55,850 nt of DNA from Aplysia californica. Taxonomy: Eukaryota. The notes under the pieces are model-generated. The model made no database searches, was not told where the DNA came from, and saw only the letters and a list, made by a program, of their open reading frames with translations. The position numbers and the translations under genes are program-made. Below, piece after piece: positions 48,761-55,850 of this stretch. The stretch is from assembly GCF_000002075.1 (NCBI RefSeq), contig NW_004797541.1, positions 701,430 through 757,279 of the forward strand, in the 5' to 3' direction. Each line of letters starts with the position of its first letter. Within the stretch, counting starts at the first letter, position 1.

Positions 48761-49029
48761 TCTTGTTGATCAGAAGAAACGCAGATCGTGTTTATTTTCC
48801 GTTTCTTTGTTGTATAATATGTGAATGTGTGGGCCAATCTTGATGGTTTCAGCTCCCCACATTTTCCTTCCGAGAACGTGATCCGTCCGTTCATAATATG
48901 ATGCTGTTAGTATGACTTACGATATAACCTGCCAATTTTAATAGTATAGATATTCATGGCAACCGCGTGTTGAGGTCACGACTGAAGTGACTCTGTTCGT
49001 GTCAGTATAACACTCTGCCTATAACGTTT

Positions 49030-49040
49030 TCTCTCTCTCT

Positions 49041-49111
<71 letters not shown>
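49030..49111. repeat. (CT)n microsatellite
   Basis: Direct reading. Confidence 0.95.
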
Positions 49112-49799
49112 ATTTAACTTGTATTATTCAATAAGCTTGCAGTAGAGAGCATCATGTCTTCACATACNNNNNNNNNNNNNNNNNNNNNNNNNNNNNNNNN
49201 NNNNNNNNNNNNNNNNNNNNNNNNNNNNNNNNNNNNNNNNNNNNNNNNNNNNNNNNNNNNNNNNNNNNNNNNNNNNNNNNNNNNNNNNNNNNNNNNNNNN
49301 NNNNNNNNNNNNNNNNNNNNNNNNGGCGCACACCACACAAACACTCATACAAACACACACATATTATTATAGGCGCTTATAAATANNNNNNNNNNNNNNN
49401 NNNNNNNNNNNNNNNNNNNNNNNNNNNNNNNNNNNNNNNNNNNNNNNNNNNNNNNNNNNNNNNNNNNNNNNNNNNNNNNNNNNNNNNNNNNNNNNNNNNN
49501 NNNNNNNNNNNNNNNNNNNNNNNNNNNNNNNNNNNNNNNNNNNNNNNNNNNNNNNNNNNNNNNNNNNNNNNNNNNGCAGTGCCACTGACTGGAGTGTCTT
49601 TAGGCCATTTCCAAAGGGGGGACATTTCTCGTTCAAGCATAGTAGAATATTGTAAATGGGCTGACTCATGTCACGCTCATAACTGTGCCTGATCTACAAC
49701 AGGTAACTGCTGCTTTTTCTTTCCTGATCCTTACTATTGTCATTTACCTCTACTTCTTTGGTATGTTTGTCACTCTCTTATTGTTACCTGCTATTTTGG

Positions 49800-49958
49800 G
49801 GTGCCTTGATAGTCGAAGCAGACCTTGTGCTGTTGAAGCTAGAAAGGTGAGCAGTCTAAGTCTGATTCCCTGTAAAGACTTCTCTGTTGACACCCACCCC
49901 TTGGCGCTCATATGACCTTATGCAGTTTCGAGCGCCGTAAAACCCTCTACTATAAAAA
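49800..49958 (+). mobile_element. Retroposon 3' end sharing the S1/S2 stem-loop tail
   Basis: GGCGCTCATATGACCTTATGCAGTTTCGAGCGCCGTAAAACCCTCTACTATAAAAAAA; upstream body differs from S1/S2; 5' boundary uncertain. Confidence 0.7.
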
Positions 49959-50067
49959 AAATATATACCAATGCTCTCTGTATCGTCAGAGCAGTTGACA
50001 CCACACTAAATTGTAGGATAACTGTCAAGCTGGCGTAGGCTTTCTGGCTTTCTTAAAACAATTCTTA

Positions 50068-50824
50068 GGGGCCCGGGGAAGGGGGGGGGGGGGGGGGGCT
50101 ACACCTGAAGGCTATCTCGCTTATTAGTCGACCAAATTTTATCATATTTCACACTTATAACAAGCATAGTAAGGAGTCTTCAAATCCAAAATTAGATTTT
50201 GAAAAAAAAGTTTCGTTTCCATGGATATGAATACGGCGGCCATATTGGATTTTGTTGACATGTCTTACGTAATGAATACCGCACTTATCATTCATGGAAA
50301 AAGATTGTTTGTTGTTGTTTTTTTTGCATGCGTGTTAACAAACAGTAGGTTAAAAAAAAATTGTTGATTTTTTCTTAGACGAATTAGAAAATTGTTAATG
50401 AATTTTTTCCTGAAGTAGTATTCAAGTTTGCAAAAAATCCGGGGAAAATCCACACTCCAGACATAAACAACAAAAATCTATTAAATATAATAATACAAGA
50501 AATTCAACGAACAAATGTTTAGTATTACACCTTCTCTTCATGCTATGAAAATTTCATGAAGATTGGATGAAAAATGGTGGAATTATTTTAAAAAGTATAG
50601 AGAAAAATCGCGTTTTGAGAAAACGGCTGATAAACAAAAATAGAATATTGACTTTATGAGGAAATGGTGGTGACAAACATGCCCGGTAAGCGAAGAAATA
50701 AGGATTTGGGGGGTTCTTATGCAATGGAATAGTTAAATTAGAGGTTGAGGAAGCTAGTTAATTTGAGCCGAATCGGGACTTGGGGGTGTAACCCCCTCCC
50801 CTACCCCCCTACCCCCCCCCCCCC
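50068..50824. mobile_element. MITE family E, copy 1 (Kolobok-like)
   Basis: G-run+CTACAC / GTGTA+C-run termini; interior is the reverse complement of 52715-53437. Confidence 0.85.
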
Positions 50825-51759
50825 TAAATATCTCCATCTTCTTCTTTTCTTGGTCATGTTGATGAATCTCAACTCTTCCCAACACTTCATTATTTTGTGA
50901 TAAATTTATTTAATTCTATTAATGTTATTTTTCGCAGATATTTTGTTTGAAAGGTGTTTTTTTATTATCGTTGAATTGCATTACAAGTTTGTTTTATCTC
51001 TTAACATTTCTATTGTATATTTTTTATTAAGACTTCAATTAAATAATCTTTGAATTTCAAATGACTTTTAATTTTACAAATGAGATCTATGCATTCTAGA
51101 GTTGTTGGTGGACGTCGTCAATGCAATCATTGTTACAAGAGGTTTTCCAAAAAGAATGATGGGAGTAGCTTTTGGTGAAAATCGCTGCAGCCCTGTTGTT
51201 GTTGTTGTTGTCGTTGTTGTTGCTGCTGCTGCAGCTATTGTTATTTGTTTTAATTATCAATCTAGCCTAAATATGATGATATATTATGCTTTATAAAAAG
51301 TATATATAAACTGTATCATATTATGTATATTAAATCTATAATGTGAGGGTCTATCAAAACAAAAGATTTAAGCCCGTGAATACAATAGGCCTACGCCTAA
51401 TATTGTAAGGTAAGTTGTGGTTTGTTGGTTGTTTTTTTTTGTCACGCTACAATTAATTGAGTGTCGCTTATAAAAACGTAACAGCCATCTATCATTGTTT
51501 ACGATTGAATTTCTCCGTTTGTGCTCAAGATGAGAACCATAGATTTTCGAACTAGGCAGTCTCTAAAATCAGACTGAGAGAGTCGTAAGTTCATTACCCC
51601 CCCCCCCCTAAAAAAAGTATATTTTAAAAAAATAGAAAATTAAAAGAATCTACCTCCATAAAGGAAAAGAAAATAAGGAAAAATGAATCTTAAAGTCATA
51701 AATGTAAAACGTAGAACCTATATTGTTAGTCAAAACGCTAGACAAAAGAAATTTCCTTC

Positions 51760-51945
51760 CTCTCCCACCCACTTTCTCGCAGCCTTACCTGCCCACCTGG
51801 TGCGTGAGCTGCCCCCTCCCCCAGCACGCGCGTCTCGCACGCCAGGCGGCAAGGCAGAACCTGGAATTGGGTAGTGAGTGAGCGCTCTGTCTTTTCCTGA
51901 CCACATTGCTATTATCGCGCACGTGCTTGTGTCTGTGAGGACCTA
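51760..51945. promoter_or_regulatory. GC/CpG-rich island (candidate promoter/enhancer)
   Basis: Local GC and CpG spike (CACGCGCG, CGCACG, CACGTG E-box) within AT-rich surroundings. Confidence 0.4.
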
Positions 51946-52714
51946 TGGATATTCGTAGGATTCTTCTGTTTCCAGAACACTGAGCTCTTTTCATTTACTG
52001 ACCAGTGCGATCTTTTTAGTGGCTTGACGAAGCCTTTATAATTAGGACTTCTACAATGAGAAAAAGCCCCCTAATAACTATAATACTTTGTGCTAATCAT
52101 CGAGTCTCTGTGAAATGACAATAACGTGTTGACGAATGTTATTACACACATTCAAGTTTTACAAATCGGTTTCAGTGCAATCCAACGAGGAATCAGAAAG
52201 TAATGCTTGCTATACGCTCTCTATAAGTAACGTAGGCCTATACTTGCTTTGGTATTATCGCACACTATGATTGATCTAAACAGAACACTTTATTTTCGTG
52301 ATACTGAGAATTTGAGTATTGTTTTTAAAGAAAAGTCAGCTGATTTTGTTATGAAATTAATTACGATGTTGCCCTCATTTTTGAAATCTGTTAGGACGAG
52401 GTGATTTTTAGTTGTTATTTTTTTCATCAAACGTCTGTCAGGATTCAAACTTGTTGTAGCACTAACGACTATTGGCCGCAGTAGGTACAGTAAATTGATA
52501 ATCATTGAGTGCAAACTTGATGTGGTTAACATGGCAGTTATGGCCCTCTATTACTACAGTTTGTTGTGCAAGAAGGCGCTATAAACTACCCAAAGTATCA
52601 CTTGTAAGAAATAATTGGTTTGTTTTGTTTTTGTCCTTTAAATCGCTCAAAGTAATGTTACGTAATACACATTGAACGGACAATAAATCTATTTTTAATT
52701 CACACAACAATTAA

Positions 52715-53437
52715 GGGGGGGGGGGGGGGGGGGCTACACCCCCAAAATCAAAATTCAGCTCAAAATCAAGGAATTTGAGTTGTAGGCATTTTTAGCTTTC
52801 TCAGCCTCTCCTACAACTATTCCATGGCATAAGAACCCCCCAAAACCGTATTTTTTCCTATACCGGGGATGTTTGTAACCGCCATTTCCTCATAAAGTCA
52901 ATATTTTATTTTTCTTTATCGGCCGTTTTCTCAAAATGCGACTTTTCTCTATATTTTTTTGAATAACTCCATCATTTTTCATCCAATCTTCATGAAACTT
53001 TCACAGAATGAAGAGAAGAGGTAATACAAAAAATATATCTGTTGAATTTTTGATATATGGAATAGATTTTTGTTGGTGGTGTCTGGAGTGTGGATTTTCA
53101 CGGATTTTTTGCAAACTTGAATGCTACCTCAGGAAAAAATTCATTAAAAATGTTCTAATTCGATTAGGAAAAAAACAATAGACAAATTTTTAGATCTAAT
53201 GTTTGTGAACACGCATGCAAAAAAACCAATCAATTTCCATGAGCAATAAGTGCGGTATTCATTACGTAAGACATGTCAATAAAATCCAATATGGCGGCGT
53301 ATAGATGGAAACGGAACTTTTTTCTCAAATTTGATTGCTGATTTTAAGATTCCTTACTATGCTTGTTATATGTGTGAAATTTGGTAAAATTCGGTCCAGT
53401 AATAAGCGAGATAGCCTCCAAGTGTAGCTCCCCCCCC
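52715..53437. mobile_element. MITE family E, copy 2 (Kolobok-like, TTAA TSD)
   Basis: TTAA at 52711-52714 and 53438-53441; TIR G(n)CTACAC; purine (GG) termini with a TTAA TSD fit Kolobok rather than piggyBac. Confidence 0.87.
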
Positions 53438-55850
53438 TTAAAGAATCATGAATTCTTTGTGTCTTTCAAAAGGCGTCCCATTCACAGCGGCAATTGTGCA
53501 TTTCCTTACTGTTAAAGACAGACCTACTGTAAAAAACCAACAAACCGCAACAGTATCGAAAAATGTATAGAAAGTAATTTTCGTTTTGTGATCTCACGCT
53601 GCACATTCTCCATGCAGTTACGTGTCGTACATTAAACACTTTTTCTTTTTCTGATGTTCGCTTTAGTAGATTCTATCTCACTAATAAGAATAGTAGTACT
53701 GTCTAACCATGGTAATATTTGATACAGAAAAGTGACCGCGAAAATCAACTCCGTGGACACTTCTTGCAAAATGTCGGCACATGTGATTACTGTCATGCTA
53801 ATGATAGACTACGCTTTCATAATCAGAGACATTTTCACTTCGACAATTAAGCTTAACGTCTCGTANNNNNNNNNNNNNNNNNNNNNNNNNNNNNNNNNNN
53901 NNNNNNNNNNNNNNNNNNNNNNNNNNNNNNNNNNNNNNNNNNNNNNNNNNNNNNNNNNNNNNNNNNNNNNNNNNNNNNNNNNNNNNNNNNNNNNNNNNNN
54001 NNNNNNNNNNNNNNNNNNNNNNNNNNNNNNNNNNNNNNNNNNNNNNNNNNNNNNNNNNNNNNNNNNNNNNNNNNNNNNNNNNNNNNNNNNNNNNNNNNNN
54101 NNNNNNNNNNNNNNNNNNNNNNNNNNNNNNNNNNNNNNNNNNNNCCACAATCACAGCGCAAATTTTTTTTGCACCAGAAAATAGTTTCAAAGAAGTGTAG
54201 ATGGACCCAACAACGGTCACTGAAGGCATTGCAATAAGAATAATGCTTTCTTTCATATAGATGGTTAGTTTTTGATTGCCCATACCTTGTTAATCAGCGA
54301 CTTGTCGTCATGGTGTGCGCATCTAATCCCCACACGTCATGGATCCTAGTTGTCTAATATTACTGTTGACAGCGCAAGACAGCGACATTGTGGACGAACG
54401 TGGAACTTTTTTAGAACCTCTTGTGAAGATTCTTTGCGGTGTCAGTGTCTCCGATGGATTAAGGTGTTGTGATTCTCTCTTGGATATATTCTAGAGCGGT
54501 CACGTCACACCCCTCTCACAAGTAAGCTTTTTTCTTTTAACAATTGAAGACCTGAGAACAACACAAAGGTCAAGTCACATTTAGATGATTTCCAGAAAAT
54601 GAGCAAGTAAGTTCCGATTAGAAGACTTTTTTCTAGACTTGACCTTATTGTTTCATTTCAGGCTTCGCGTCACTGAACAAGAATAGCTTTGTCAATGTTA
54701 TTAATAGATCGCCCTTTGTCGACACTTTCGAATGCTATGCAGAATTTCATTTTTAGGAAAATATGACTTGTTCTCAGGTTATTAACACCCCCCCCCCCCA
54801 CAAAAAACACACCAAAAAAAACCACAAAAACTTTTGCCTTCTATTTTTCAGAGCTGCAAATCTTAGAAGTTGAATGCAGTGTGGCATATTTTGCGTTCCA
54901 GGTTCTCTCATTATGTTTATAGAGGAAAGCACATTGATGTTCTTGCTTTGGAGAATTGTGAATCAATAGAGCGACCAAGATAAACTTGCTCGGACGGGGG
55001 ACACGTTTTGGGCTTGTGTGTTGGAGCGAAGGGAGGGAGGGGGAAGGGGGGGGGGCGGCTTCGGAGTGTGGGTGATTTTTTTTTAATTTCTAAAGAAAAC
55101 AAAGAAAAAGTATAGAGCATTCCAAATGGCTCTTTGAAAATTCTAAAAGCACAAATTCGGTAGATAAAATTTATTTAATAAGCTTAGTATTTAGTGGTTG
55201 GTAGCACCAACTGTGCGTCGACCAGTTATGTGTGATAGTCAAGCCTTTCGTTGTAGATGGTAGATTCCTTTCTGTGATCGAGGTAACCGACAGAAAAAAA
55301 GCTTCTCCCTTATAATACTTACTTGCGGTGGTCTTTAAGATGATTTTAAAAAAAAATGAGATGCCTGATTGGTACTTAATTGCTAAGCAGATTCGAATTT
55401 CTGCCCTTGCCTTTCTAAAAATTAATTTAAAAAAAGATTTTAAGTGATTTTATAATTTCATCTCTTTGCCGTGAAATTGTAGATAAACGCCAAGAAGTTG
55501 GCCCTGCTTTTGAACTTTAAAAATATTCCGCAGTGTATGGGGAAATGGCATTAGGCTTTTTAGCCTATCATATCGCACAAACTAACAATAAACAATAAGA
55601 AGCAGTGTATTTTTGTTTCCATAGCATTATGTACAAAACACAAAAAGGCGGCGATGGAATGGCAAGACAACTGTGGGTGGGAAGAAAAGAACAAGGGACA
55701 AGGGGGAAAGTTGGGGGGAAGGAGGGGAGGGTGGTGGGGGAGGGTTCAAATTGGCTTTTCGTTGACGTGATATGTTTACCCAGCTGCGGTCTAGTCAGAT
55801 TTTACGACAGACATGCGCACACCCACATGTCTACGGTGAACAGGTTCGCG

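Noticed and set aside
1-55850. CRISPR arrays, operons or prokaryotic defence systems
   Set aside because: The sequence is eukaryotic with spliceosomal introns; no regularly spaced direct-repeat/spacer array was seen.

Overview
Animal (intron-rich, AT-rich) genomic DNA; the SINE content suggests a mollusc, possibly a gastropod (inference only). The N blocks look at least partly like hard-masked simple repeats. Two convergent spliced genes could be rebuilt by hand. (1) On the + strand, 30 coding exons (2330-34620, 3448 nt, about 1148 aa in the window) of a xanthine-oxidoreductase-family molybdo-flavoenzyme. Its 5' exon(s) lie upstream of the window, and its active-site residues point to an aldehyde-oxidase type rather than a true XDH. 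(2) On the - strand, an ankyrin-repeat/SOCS-box (ASB-like) gene with 5 coding exons (46650-39193, about 443 aa) and a probable non-coding first exon ending near 48530. Introns and intergenic DNA hold tRNA-derived SINEs (Deu/Nin-like and Meta-like domains), a short retroposon family sharing a 3' stem-loop tail, RNase H-bearing and RTE-like LINE remnants, several MITE families and microsatellites. I found no evidence of a wholly new multi-gene system. The most notable signals are the remodelled substrate pocket of the molybdoenzyme, three GC-AG introns, TE insertions that duplicated or replaced splice signals, inverted MITE pairs flanking an exon and a CpG-rich island, tandem uORFs, and a triple DR1 nuclear-receptor element.
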